Assembly (NCBI GenBank): GCA_035221665.1
Contig: CM069157.1
Span: forward strand, 14,446,001-14,510,000
Origin: Okamejei kenojei
Taxonomy: Eukaryota
DNA: 64,000 bases
Reading direction: 5' to 3'
Below are positions 34,972 to 47,781 of this stretch, in pieces; the first letter of the stretch is position 1, and each line of letters starts with the position of its first letter. The notes under the pieces are model-generated. The model was given only the letters and a program-made list of their open reading frames with translations. It ran no database searches and was not told the origin of the DNA. The translations under genes were made by a program, and so were the position numbers.

Positions 34972-35180
34972 GACCCACCAAGTCCACGCTGACCATCGAT
35001 CACCCCTACACTAGTTCTATCCTACACACTAGGGGCAATTTACAAAGCCAATTAACCTGCAAACCTGCATGTCTTTGGAGTGTGGGACAAAACCGGAGCA
35101 CTCGGAGAAAACCCATGTGATCACAGGGAGAATGTACGGACTCTGCACAGATAGCACCCATAGTCAGGATCGAACCAGGA

Positions 35181-35813
35181 TGAACTACATTGAAGCAATG
35201 GGCAAGAAAACACACCGATGCCTCTACTTCCTTAGAAGGTTAAGAAGTTTGGCATGTCCCCTTTCCAACTTCTACAAATGCTCTGTAGAAAGATTTTATC
35301 GGGATGCATCACCGCATGGTTTGGGTACAGCTCCATCCATGACCGCAAGGAATTGCACAGAGAGAAATTACATATTCCAGACCATCACGCAAACCAATCT
35401 CCCTTCCATGGACTCCATCTACACTTCATGCTGCCATGGCAAGGCTACCAGCATAATCAAGGACAGGTCTCACCCCGGTCACTCCCTCTTCTCCCCTCAC
35501 CCAACAGGCAAGAGTTACAGAAATGTGAAACCGCATACCTCCAGATTCAGCGACAGTTTCTCCTGAGCTATTATTAGGCATCTGAACTGTCCTCTCACCA
35601 GCTATTATGGCCCTGACCTCCCATTTGCATAATTGGAGACCTTTGAATTATCTTTAATCTTGCACTAAATTATATACCCTTTATCTGTATACTGTGGATG
35701 GTTTGATTGTAATAATCGTGTATAGTCTTTTCATTGTCTGGATAGCACGCAACAAAAAAGCTTTTCACTGTACCTCGGTACACGTGGCAATAATAAACTG
35801 AATTAAGCTAAGC
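35181..35813 (+). mobile_element. Rex1/Babar-type LINE 3' fragment
   Basis: KKTHRCLYFLRRLR, NFYKCSVE, ILSGCITAWFG, KATSIIKDRSHPGHSLF, TSRFSDSF; tail cactgtacctcggtacacgtggcaataataaac. Confidence 0.88.
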
Positions 35814-36715
35814 TCAGGTCTCTGATGCTATGAGGCGGAGGTTCTACTGCTGTGCCACTGTGCTGTAGTACTTTTTAAATACATTTTTCTTGGGGCATAT
35901 AAGGAAAGAAACAAAAGGTTACCGTGTTCTGTAGTCATGTTCCTGTTGTGCTGAAGCAAAGCAAGAATTTCATTGTCCCATCAGGGGCGCATGACAATAA
36001 ACTCTCATGAATTTTGAATCTTGGAACTTCACTGCAAAGGTCAATCTATGACAATTGTGTTATAAATGAGTCCATTCCTTCATTGAATCCTACAATTAAT
36101 GGGGAGAGGGTGCATTTGTATTACTAATGCAGGTTGATATTGCTAGAGGCAGACATTCCAATCTATGCCAATTAACCGAAAGCATTTATATACATCATGT
36201 CCTGTTGTGATAAAATATTTTGGTTTCATCATGTCAACATGTTTTCCTGTTTAGGAGCATCACTGGAGATACTTAAAATGAACACAGCCTTTCCCCGTAC
36301 TGTTACTTGATAAATGCGCCACACTTACTGTTTGAAGTTTCAAAGTTTACATCTTTTAAGATACCCTTTCATGTTCCAGTTTGGTTTCCTTTACTTTGCA
36401 AAGATTAGTGAAGTGGCATACTTGGGAAAGATCTTCATTTTCATTTTTCAGATGGAAAACCATAAGATATATATTATGGTAAATTATCATAAGGAAATTT
36501 CTATAAGCTCGGCTGGTGAAAATTTCGTAGTAACAGCTGTCTGGAATTCCTTACCCTGAAATCGGGAGTTCAAGCTGGCAACCTGGGGTATTATGATTTT
36601 GCAATATGATCACTGAACTGCTGATGTCTCATTCACTTCCATTTGAATTCAATTTTAACTTACATCTCTGGGTAAAGAAGGGCAATGGGAGCAACCTGGG
36701 AGTCTTTCTTTAAAT

Positions 36716-37472
36716 ATTCAAGATTCAAGATTCAAGAATCAATTTAATTGGCACGTGTACCAATTAAGGTACAGTGAAATTTGAGTTACCACACAGCCAT
36801 AGTAAGTAAAAAAGCAAAAATACACACAGCATATTACATAATGTTTAACATAAACATCCACCGCAGTGGAATCAACATTCCTCACTGTGAGAGAAGGCAA
36901 TGAGTTCAGTCATCTTCCTCCTTTGATCACCCGTGGTTGGGGCCTTTGAATGGAGCCGTTGCTGACTGTCCGTTGTTCAAGCCCTCTCATCGGGATGATC
37001 GAAATTCCGGCGTCGGGACGAATCGGGACACTCCACGTCATGGAGCTCTCGAGTCAGCCGCTTCTTACCGGAGACGGCTGCTTCACGGTGTTAAAGTCCA
37101 CAGGCCTCGCGGTCAGAGCTCCAACACAGGCGATCCTCAGCAAAAGATCCCAGGCTCCGCGATGGTAAGTCTGCGCCGCACCCGCGGCTTGAAGCTCCAG
37201 GCCGGTCTCCAGGAAAGGCCGCACCACTCCACATTGTAGAGGGGGGGGGGGGGGGGGGGGGGCATGGAGATGCGACATGGAGAAAAATCGCATCTCCATC
37301 GAGGTAAGTGACTGGAAAATGCTTCCCCTGATCCCCCCCCCCCCACCCACCTCCCACATAAAACATACCAAGAGACATTAAAACAAACCATTCAAGATAT
37401 ACTTAAAATAATAAAAACAATGAAAGGACAAGACAGACTGCTGGTGAGGCGGCCATTATGGGCGCCACCCTG
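36716..37472 (-). mobile_element. GC-rich non-autonomous retroposon with Rex/Babar-type tail (family A, copy 2)
   Basis: Colinear with 7634-8347; (ttcaaga)n on the plus strand at the tail. Confidence 0.7.
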
Positions 37473-38499
37473 TGGTGATATGGACACCGGACTCGAGCTA
37501 CACGTTCTGCGTTAAACCCTTACATTAGCAGAGGTCTGAGGCGGCAACTCACTGATTCTTCACACTATGTCAGCCGAGTTGGAAGGGGAGTTGGATCCAG
37601 AGCATAATACAGAGCCAGAACTGGAAGAGGACAGCAAAATCAATCATCCTTGCAATTGTTCTTGTTACTGTTACATTGGGCTCAAGGGAAATCTGGAACC
37701 GTATATATCCAAAACACAAAGTGCTGGAGGAACTCAGTGGATCAGGCAGCATTTGGAGGGGGTGGGGGGAGTGGACAAATACTCCCAATTCCTCTGTCTA
37801 CGCCACATCTGCGCCCAAGATGAGGGGTTTCATACCAGGACATCCGGGGTTTAATACCAGGACATCTGAGATGTCTTCTTTCTTTAGGGAACGAGGGTTC
37901 CCCTCTCCCATCATAGATGAGGCCCTCACTCGTATCTCCTCGGTACTCCGTAGCTCCGCCCTTGCAGCCCCTCCCCTAGTCACAAACAGAGATAGAGTCC
38001 CCCAGTCCTTAACTTCCACCTCATCAGCTGTCCCATACAACACATAATCCTCTGAAATTTCCGCCAACTCCAACGAGATCCTACCTCGAACCACATTTTC
38101 CTATTTCCACCCCTTTCCGCCTTCCGCAGAGATCCATCCCTCCACATGGATGGTTAACTCATCCCTTCCCACCCCAACCACCCCCTCCCCAGGTACCTTC
38201 CCCTGCAACCGCAGAAGATGCAACACCTGTTCCGGTGGCGCTATGGAGGGCTAGAGGTTAACGCCAGCCAGCTCCTCGCAAAAAACGGGAAAAAATCGGG
38301 GATTAACGGACCTACCCGCTGCCTACCCCCTGCTGCCTGCCGTCTCTGCACCGATTGTTGTGAGTGACGTCATCAGGCGTGCGACTTGTTATGTCTACAC
38401 AGAGCAGCCCAACCGAAAAGTCGAACTACCAGGCTGAGACCGGGAGAAGGCCTGACTGAAGCCCCGGACTCAGGTAGGACGTTATCCCAGGAAGATGTG

Positions 38500-39385
38500 A
38501 TGAAAAAAACGGCGAAAAAATCGGAAAGTGAAGAACTTAAAACTTTTATTTCACGTGAAATTGCTGGTTTAAAGGAGGAAATAAACCAGATGAACACTGA
38601 AATGAAAGAATTGCAACTTGAAATTAATTCCAATATTAATACTAAGACTAAGAAAATATCGGAAGATTTGAAGAAAGAAATCGCAGAAATGATGATTGAA
38701 ATGTCAAAGGAGATGAATGATAAGATTAAAAATGTGAAAATTGATTTTGAAGAAAGGCTGAATCCTGTGAAGAAGGTACTGGACCAACAGACGCTGGCAT
38801 AAAAAGCCTTGAAGAACTAGCCGAAACAAGTGCTCAGACTATAGCAAAGCTTATCACAGAAAATGGACGTCTAACGGATTTATTGACCATGATAACCGAG
38901 AAATGTACTGAACTAGAAGGTCTGAACCTAAGAATTGCGGGTATTCCTGAAGAGGGAGAGAAAGATGAAGATCCCCGAGAATTTACTGCGAATTTACTGC
39001 AAAATGTTTTATCTCTGGAACAAAAGCCTTTGCTAGCCCGAGCACATAGAGTGATGAGACGTCAGACAAGACCAAGTGCTCCCCCAAGACAAATGATAAT
39101 AAAAGTACAATACGACCACGTCTTGGAGGAGATAATGCAAAAAACATCGAGAAACAGAAACCTTGCATTTGAAGGACACAAGATAAGCATCTATCGAGAT
39201 TATCCAGCAGAAGTCTCCAGGAAACGAAAAGCTTTTAATGAGACCAAAAGTCTCCTGAGGGGGTGGAAAACTTGAAATATGGCCTGAATTACCCAACTAC
39301 TCTAAGAGTTACTTTTAACAAGAAGGAATATTTCTTTTCCAATGCTGTGGAAGTGCTGGACTTTGTCCGGAAGATTAACACCTGA
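38500..39385 (+). pseudogene. L1 ORF1 (coiled coil plus RRM/CTD, Tnp22-like), frameshifted
   Basis: Heptad-rich N-terminus, NLRIAGIPE, ARAHR, PRQMIIK, ISIYRDYPAEVSRKRKAF, YGLNYPTTLRVT. Confidence 0.9.
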
Positions 39386-39410
39386 GAAGGCCTCATCATC
39401 GAATACACTG

Positions 39411-39452
39411 ACTTTGCAGGACTTTGCAGGACTTTGCAGGACTTTGCAGGAC
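39411..39452. repeat. 10-bp tandem repeat x4 in the L1 inter-ORF region
   Basis: (actttgcagg)4. Confidence 0.97.
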
Positions 39453-39532
39453 CGGATGGAACTGAATAGTGCTGGATGGAAGCTGAAGAAAGATGTGGAT
39501 CGGAAACCCTCCCATGGATGCTAATAATTAGT

Positions 39533-39695
39533 ATAACTACATTACTAATACAAACAACTAATAAATATTAAAATTATACCGTGGTATTTTCACTAATCAG
39601 AGTTAATTATTATGACACTAACTACACTACTAATATAATAACTAATAAATATTAAAATTATACCGTGGTATTTTTACTAATCAGAATTAATCATT
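39533..39695. repeat. ~84-bp tandem duplication in the L1 inter-ORF region
   Basis: aactaataaatattaaaattataccgtggtatttt at 39556 and 39640. Confidence 0.9.
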
Positions 39696-40295
39696 ATTAT
39701 TAATGACTAATGTTTATTTATAGTGGAATGATTAGAGTCAAATATAGAGCCTGATTTCATTTGTCCCCTTTGGAAACTTTTCTTTTGTAACACTAATTTT
39801 CATTTTTATTTTTTATTTTCCTTTCTTTTCGTGTGTTTTTTTATAATTAGATTTTCAAGTAAGTTTTAAATATATGTATTCTCACATTTTCGACTATTAT
39901 AACCCGAATATTTTAAATTTAATATCCCCAGTAAAATACCATTATGGAATAATAATTCCAAAAAACCAGGGAGCTGGTTAAGTTAGTAACATCAACTATG
40001 GAAGTCGGTAGATGGTTAGCCATGCTAGTATGGCTAGCACTAACTACACCAATACTAGATGTAGTTTTTTCCTCCTTTGTGCACTATACTAACTTCTTAA
40101 TCTATCCTCTCTTCTTTTCTATTATAAACTATTATTGTTATTTTCAGTTTGAATGGAGTTATATATTGGATCAAAGGAGATATACACGTGAGAGGCATTC
40201 AAGGGACATAAAATTCGTCTATTCGATGTTCGGGTGTAAGGTCGGGTCTGTCGAACTGAACCATTGGCTCTATTACAGACCCCCATAGACAAAAG

Positions 40296-43200
40296 ATGCA
40301 AGACTTAAAAATGAACACGGGGAATGGAATAATGTTTTGCAGCTGGAATGTTAAAGGTATTAATGAACCAATTAAGAGAGGTAAAATATTAGCACATTTA
40401 AAAGCAATTAAAGCTGATGTAATTTTTATTCAAGAAACTCATTTAAAAAAAGATGCTGAGCATAGGCTGAAAGCTAAATGGATAGATAAAACGTATCATT
40501 CTTCTTTTACACACAAATCAAGAGGTGTAGCAATATTATTTCATAAAGGCATTTTATTCAAACATACATTAACTATAACTGATAATGATGGCAGATACAT
40601 TATTGTAATAGGAGAATTAAATGCACAAAAAATGATTTTTGTTAACGTATATGGACCAAACTTTGATAGTCCATTGTTTTTCAAGAAAATATTTAACCAC
40701 ATCCCGGAAATAACACAACATAACCTAATAATTGGAGGAGATTTAAATTATACATTAGGTCCTTACTTAGACAGATCTACAAGACAAAGGAAAATTAAAT
40801 CCAATTCCAGTGACTTATTAAATGCATATATGGAAACTACTAATATTAAAGATGTTTGGAGAGTAGAAAATCCAACTGGACGAGAATAATCCTTTTATTC
40901 ACTGGTACATAAAATTTACTCAAGAATAGATTACGTTTTGGTTGATGCCAAACTTATCTCACTCACTTATAATTCTAAATATCATAATATTATAATCTCA
41001 GATCATGCACCTTTAACATTTAAGATTAAAATAAATGGTAAAATGGAAAAACGGGAACAATGGAGATTTAATCCACAAATTTTAAAAAACAAAATAACTC
41101 AGGAATATATTACAGAACAGATCAAGATTTTCTTTGAAATAAATGATAAACCGGAAATATCTTCTTCCTTATTATGGGAAACTTTTAAAGCATATCTCCG
41201 TGGAATTATGATTTCCTCTCAAGCATTTTATAATAAAAAGAATCGGAGGGATCAACAGGAACTGGAAAAGGAGATTAAACAATTAGATACAGAGAATGCA
41301 GCTAATCCATCCATAATAATACATAATAAAATTGCAGCACTGAAATATAAATTAAATAAAATATATTCAGAACAAGTAGTAAAACTTTATAAATACACTA
41401 AACGATTACAGTTTGAATTTGGAGATAAACCTCAAAAATTATTGGCTCGCCAAATACGGAAGATGGAGGGAGAAAAAATAATCCATAGGATTAAATCACA
41501 AAATGGCGAACTTTTAATACAACCTAAAGATATTAATGAGAGATTTTTGCAATATTATAAAAACTTATACTCTGCTAAAACGACAGAAAACAGGATAGGA
41601 ATTGAAGCATTTAAAAAAAAAATGTAATCTGAATAGGTTGGATTCACAAAATAGAGAATCATTAAATGCTGAAATTTCAGTAAAAGAAATCGAAGAATCT
41701 ATCAGATCATTAAAATATAGTAAAACACCGGGACCAAATGGTATTGGCTCGGAAATTTATAAAACATTTTGTGATCTGATTGCACCACGCTTGAAGACAT
41801 TATATGAATATATTTATGCACAGCAGAAACTACCAGAAACATTAAATGAATCTATTATAACACTTATACCTAAAATAGACAAAGATCTGGATGACCCAGG
41901 ATCATTTAGAGCTATAGCTCTTTTAAATACTGATCAAAAGATATTAACTAAAATATTAGCACAAAGGCTAAGTACAGTTATTAATGAATTAATTCACCCC
42001 GATCAAACAGGATTTATACCAAAACGATATTCCTCATATAACCTGAGACGTTTATTCAATATTATATACTCGAAAAGAGGTATTAAAAAAGATCTAGTAG
42101 TTATTTCGTTAGACGCGGTGAAAGCCTTCGACCAGGTGGAATGGTCTTATTTGTTTTCGGTTATGGAAACTTTTAAATTGGGAGAGAAGTTCATTACTTG
42201 GGTCAAATTATTATACACTAACCGAACAGCCAGAATAATAACAAATCAAAAGCTATCAACTAAATTCAGTTTATCTCGAGGCTGTAGACAAGGTTGCCCT
42301 TTATCCCCACTACTAGTTGCACTTGCAATAGAACCATTAGCTCAACGTGTGAGATCACATCCTGAAATATATGGGTATGATACCAGAGATACTGAAAATA
42401 AAATCTCCTTATATGCGGATGACGTATTACTTTATATTACAAAACCGGAAATTAGTATCCAAAATTTATTAAAATTAATAACTGAATTTGGATCTTTTTC
42501 AGGATATAGTATTAATTGGAATAAAAGTGAACTCATGCCAATAATGGTAAATACATATATTACAACAATTTCCTTTTAAGATAACAAACAAAAAAATCAA
42601 ATATCTTGGATTTTATGTAACAAAAAGATTTGATTCTTTATTTAAATCCAACTTCCCACTCTTATTGAATAAATTAAATAAGAACATTTTATATTGGAAA
42701 ACTCTACCCATCTCAATGCTAGGTAAAATTAATGTAATACAAATGATTTTTCTTCCACAATTACTATATCTTTTCCAATTAATTCCGATATATCTTCCTA
42801 AAAATTTCTTTAGGAAGGTGGACTCTTTAGTTACCAACTTTATTTGGGATTATAAGAGCCATAGAATAAATATAAAACATTTATGTAAATCAAAAATAAA
42901 TGGAGGTTTAGCACTACCAAACTTTATGTTTTATTACTGGGAAGTTAATATTAAAAATATGAATTTTTGGTTAGTAGAGACAGATAAACAACCAATTTGG
43001 TTAAAAATGGAAAAAGAAGATTGTTCTCCTTTTGAAATTAGTTCGATAATATTTGCCAATATTAATTTAGGTAAGAAAACCTATAGTGAAAACCCCATAA
43101 TAGAAAGTGGAATACGTATCTGGAAACAAATAAAGAAAACATTAAAATTGAAATCTATACCACTAGCCCTTACCATTGTAAATAATGTTACATTTAAACC

Positions 43201-44129
43201 TTCAATGATGGATAAAGGCTTTTTACAATGGAAAAATAAGGGAATTAATAAGACGGGAGATCTCTACAGGGAAAATTCTTTCCTTTCATTTCAAGAATTA
43301 CAACAAATTATTGGATTACATTCAAAAGGTTATTTTAGATACTTACAAATTAGAGACTATGTAAAAGCAAACACACAGGAAATTAGAAATAGAAAGACAG
43401 AAATTGTAGATGAATGTCTAAATAAACATCCGAACACAGAAAAATTGATATCATACATTTATAATATCCTATTGGAAAATGATGTCCCATTAGAAATATG
43501 GGACATCATTTTCTATATACAGAAATATATAGACAATCATGGGAAAACAAATTAGGTCAAATTATTAGACCAGAAGTATGGGATGAAAGTTTACAACACA
43601 TACACCACTGTTCGTTAAATGCTAGACACTCTCTTATACAATTTAAAATATTACATAGACTACATTACTCAAAATCCAAACTACATAACATTTTTCAAAT
43701 GTATCTGCCATATGTGATAAATGTCAGCACTTAGAAGCTAATTTGACACACTCATTTACAAATTGTGTAAAAATTACAAAATTTTGGAAAGAAATATTTA
43801 GGATAATTTCGAATGTTGTTAATATGAACCTGACTCCTGACTCAAAGTTAATAATACTGGGAATACTGGAAACAGATCAATTAATAACAACGAATCAAAG
43901 AATTTTTATTTATTATAGTTTAATCATTGGGAAAAAATTAATATTAAAATTCTGGAAAGGACCTACATCCCCCACAATCAAAATGTGGAATACAGAAATG
44001 TCGGAGACGCTCCGTCTGGAAAGATTGAGGCTCGTCCTAATGGATGGGTTGGATCTTTTCAGAGGGATATGGTCTCCATACATTGAATATCTAAAGGGTC
44101 AAAATGGCTCGGTGCGAGAGCCTAACTGA
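40296..44129 (+). pseudogene. L1 ORF2 (APE endonuclease, RT, CCHC), disrupted
   Basis: SWNVKG, IQETH, GGDLN, SDH, KAFDQVEW, GCRQGCPLSP, YADD intact (~42412); stop at ~40889 and several frameshifts. Confidence 0.95.
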
Positions 44130-44825
44130 AGCCTGAATAATGGAATAGATGAAGAATTACGTATAACAAATCATGGATATATCTCCAACGATGGATAACT
44201 TTTTAATACTCCATTCACTTCCTTATTTTTGATTTTTTTACCTCTATATTATTTTTCTCTATCTTTTCTTACTTATTAAAAAAAATGTATAGAAATATAA
44301 AGTCTTAAATGTTAATATTAATAATATTACGAATGTATGTAAGTAGTATTTTCTATTAATATGTATTTACAACTAATAAAACATTTTCATCAAAAAAAAA
44401 AAAAAATGCAACACCTGTCCCTATACCTCCTCCCTTGACTCTGCCCAGGGACCCCAATTGTCATTTCCGGTTAGGCAGAGGTTCACTTGCACCTTCTCCA
44501 AGCCCATCTGCTGTATCCGTTGTTCAAGATGTGGACTCTTGTACATCGGCAAGACCAAACGTAGTAGGCTGGGCGATCGTTTCGCTGAACAACTTCGCTC
44601 AGTCCACCTGAACCTACCTGATCTCCCGGTTGCTAAACACTTTTAATTCTCCTTCCCATTCTCACACCGACCTTTCTCTCCTAGGCCTTCTCCATTATCA
44701 GTGTGAGGCTAAATGTAAATTGGAGGAACAGCATCTTATATTTCGCTTGGGCATGTTACAGAAATGCTTTGTACTTGGATTTCAGAAAATGGTCTGAAAT
44801 CCAAGTACAAAGTGCATCTTTAACC

Positions 44826-45240
44826 CAGTGGTCGGCAACCTTGTTCTACATAGGGGCTGGGACGCAAGTCTGTGAGCGGATGGCGGGCCTCATCTATCAC
44901 GTGTACACATGTGTCCCGCCCCCATCCTGCCAAGGATGGCAGGCATCAAATCACGTGTTCACAGAAGGTAGACAAAAATGCGGAGGAAACTCAGCGGGGG
45001 AGGCAGCCTCGTGCAATCCTTGCATCTCTGATCCGCTGAGTTTCTCCAGCATTTTTGTCTACCTTCGATTTTCCAGCATCTGCAGGTCTTTCTTAAATGT
45101 GTTCACAGAAGGTGCGCGGCCATGCCGGCAGCTTTGCACAGGACGCAATACAGCCAGAGCTCGGCCACGCTCAGGACGGGCCGGATGATTTCGAGTTACG
45201 GGCCACATTCGGCCCAGGGGCCGTAGGTTCCCGAACCCTG
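44826..45240. mobile_element. hAT (Charlie-like) MITE carrying a Penelope foldback insert
   Basis: TIRs cagtggtcggcaacct / aggttcccgaaccctg; 8-bp TSD ctttaacc / ttttaacc (7/8). Confidence 0.82.
44970..45098. mobile_element. Foldback Penelope pLTR mini-insertion
   Basis: 15-bp TSD gtgttcacagaaggt at 44955-44969 and 45099-45113; arms gaaggtagacaaaaatgc..aaactcagcgg / ccgctgagttt..gcatttttgtctaccttc. Confidence 0.85.
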
Positions 45241-45713
45241 TTTTAACCTTTTGAATTATAGGAATTTTCAGGCTGCATTTGCCTCAAGAACAATATCTAC
45301 TGTACATTGATACAGCACCATTCATGTAGTAAGCTCTCTCAGCGTAGAGGAAAGAACCGGGATAATATTTTAGTCTGGGAAGGAAAGGCATAGAAAGAGG
45401 ATTTTATTTTATTTTCCTTTTTTTCTACTCCAAGGTCTTGTTACAAATAGATTTGTTACCTCTGAATCAAATATTGTCCTAGCAACAGCCTCACAGGGAC
45501 TCATTAGTTTGAGTCTCCATTTTTTAGCAGCTTGATGACATTTGTAACCAGCAATTGCTTCCACATGTATCAAAGATTCAATTCACCACAAAAAGTCCCA
45601 ACCTTCATCTTGTCCAGGAACATGATTCAGATACAATGACCCTACGAGTACAAATCGCTAGACACTATTGTATGTATCATGTAGATGAGAGGGTGTGTAT
45701 TTTCAATCCCTTA

Positions 45714-45927
45714 GGGGCCTGTCCCACTTAGGCAATTTTTTGGGCGACTACAGCCGACTGCCGCAAAATTTTCAACACGTTGAAAAGTTTTCAGCAATAG
45801 TGGTGACAATTTTTGCTGTCGGTGGTTGTCATAGGTGCTGTCGTAGGTTGTCGCCAGGTGTCGTAGACAAATTCCATTAAAACTAGTCCCTGGCAGTCGC
45901 CAAAGTTGCCTAAGTGGAACAGGCCCA
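45714..45927. mobile_element. PIF/Harbinger MITE (214 bp)
   Basis: TIRs ggggcctgtcccacttaggcaa / ttgcctaagtggaacaggccca; TTA TSD at 45711-45713 and 45928-45930. Confidence 0.88.
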
Positions 45928-46142
45928 TTAGTGTTTTAATAAGGGGCATTTCTAATAAATCAATAATTGTAATAAATTCATTTTTGGTTTCCTAATATGA
46001 TCACTTACCTTAAGGTTTAGGACAATAATTAATTGGACACACAGTGCCTCCATTCAAATATTAAAATAATTAGGTGCAGATGCTCTGTGAAGGAATGAGG
46101 TTACTTCCTAATATCTGACTGTGCTTTTGGCCATGGAATCTC

Positions 46143-46448
46143 TAGTTTAGTTTAGTTTAGTTTAGAGCTACAGTGCGGAAACAGTTCTTTCGGCTCACTG
46201 AGTCTGCGCTAACCAGCGATTCCCGCACACTAACACTATCCCACACACACACGGGATAATTTACAATTTTACCAAGCCGATTAGCTTACAAACCTGTACA
46301 TCTTTGGAGTATGGGAGGAAACCAGAGCTCCCGGAGAAAATCTACGCACGTCATGGGGAGAACGTACAAACTCCGTCCAGTCAGCACCCATAGTCAGGAT
46401 CGAACCCGGGTCTCCGGCACTGTAAGGTAGCAGCTCTACCACTGCGCC
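46143..46448 (-). mobile_element. tRNA-SINE (HE1-like), near full length
   Basis: (tttag)n tail; B box GGTTCGATCC and A box GGCGCAGTGGTAG on the minus strand. Confidence 0.9.
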
Positions 46449-47781
46449 TTGGTTGTGTTCATTCAGAACAGGGGCCAATACATTTCTAGCCATTAAGAGA
46501 ATCAAGGGGATATGGGGATATTGCTGGAAAATGGCATTGGGACAGAAGATAAGCCATGATCAAACATGTTCGAAGGGCTGTGTGGCTTATTCTGAGCCTC
46601 ATTTTGTGTCCACATGTTTTTATAGATGTATAAAGAAATCAACGATTGATTATTATGAAATCTGTGGCCAATTATCATCCAGGAATTGAAAAGAATTGTA
46701 ATATTTTCATATTGGAATTTAATATCGTAACAAAATTGACATTGAGGAATGTGACATTATGAAAAGTGGTCGAATTTTCAGAACCTGCCAAAAGTTAACA
46801 ACATGTTCATGGGGACAGCAAGGAATAAATGAGCAGCTTTGTAAGTACCGAATGGCTACTGGGATATGCAGTCCAGAATGATACTTGGGAACGAACAGCA
46901 GTTTGTTGGTTTTAGTGCATGTGTTTTTAATGAAGTTGTAATTTCCTATCCATTACTTTGCGAAACGCCCCCTCTCCATTGCACAACATGTCCTTGATTT
47001 ATAAGCGTCACAATCTGCGTAAACCGTCAATTTTGATCCTATTTTTGCCACATGAACAATATTCTAAATGTTTCATTTTACCACCATATGTGGAGTTTGA
47101 GCCACGCCCTAGTTATGAGATGGATGAAAAGTTAGTAAACTGCTGAATGGATGAAACTTTTTTTTTTTGCAGCAGGAATGATAAAGAATTAAAAAAAGAG
47201 ATCATAAACAAGCACAATTTGGCGTGCAATAAATTAGATTGACCATTAGAAAGGCATCAGATACAGACATTTATGTATCTCCACAACTTCATGGGCTGAT
47301 TCATTTTATGATACCGAGAGGGATAAATATGTACTTGTATCATTAAATATCTAAAGAACAAAATTAATAAGAATTGAAAATATTTCTCATTCCACTCCAG
47401 TTTTAATAGTTTAATTAAATATTAATCTTACTTGCTAGGCTATTATTCTTTATTTTCTGTTACGGTTTTTACACCTTTCTTCTCATCTTGTACTTTTTGT
47501 GTTGAAAGTTACCTTTCCAAAAAATTCAGTTTCCATTCTTTGGACAACATTTAGTGGTCATAATTTGAAAGAAAGCTATTCTGTGAATAAGACCATTTGG
47601 CCTGTTGAGCCTACTCCACCATTCAGTCATGGCAGATCTAGTTTTCCCTCTCAACTCCACTATCCAGCCTTCTCCACGTAACCTTTGACACCCTCACTAA
47701 TCAAGAATCTATCAATCTTGGCTTTAAAAGTACCCAACAATTTGGCCTCCACAGCTGTCTGTTGCAATGAATCACACAAAA

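Larger units (their letters stand above)
34565..35865 (-). mobile_element. tRNA-SINE split into three pieces by two later insertions
   Basis: Pieces 34565-34615, 34972-35180 and 35816-35865 concatenate into one HE1-like SINE. Confidence 0.8.
38231..44405 (+). mobile_element. Full-length L1-clade LINE (5'UTR, ORF1, long inter-ORF spacer, ORF2, 3'UTR, poly-A)
   Basis: 13-bp TSD atgcaacacctgt at 38218-38230 and 44406-44418; GC-rich 5' end tccggtggcgctatgg; AATAAA at 44375-44380; poly-A from 44392. Confidence 0.96.
37708..44757 (+). mobile_element. Penelope-like element fragment (inverted pLTR 37708-37780, body 37781-38230 and 44419-44757) split by an L1
   Basis: YSQFLCLRHICAQDE, FFRERGFPSPIIDEA, FPCNRRRCNT | CP...RQRFTC...CIRCSRCGLLYIGKTKR. 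Confidence 0.9.

Noticed and set aside
37459-37478. CTCF-like motif at the head of family A copy 2
   Set aside because: Two mismatches in the core, and not preserved in copy 1
37824-37867. 22-bp tandem duplication in the PLE fragment (similar 16-bp duplication at ~52713-52746)
   Set aside because: Ordinary slippage duplications with no further structure
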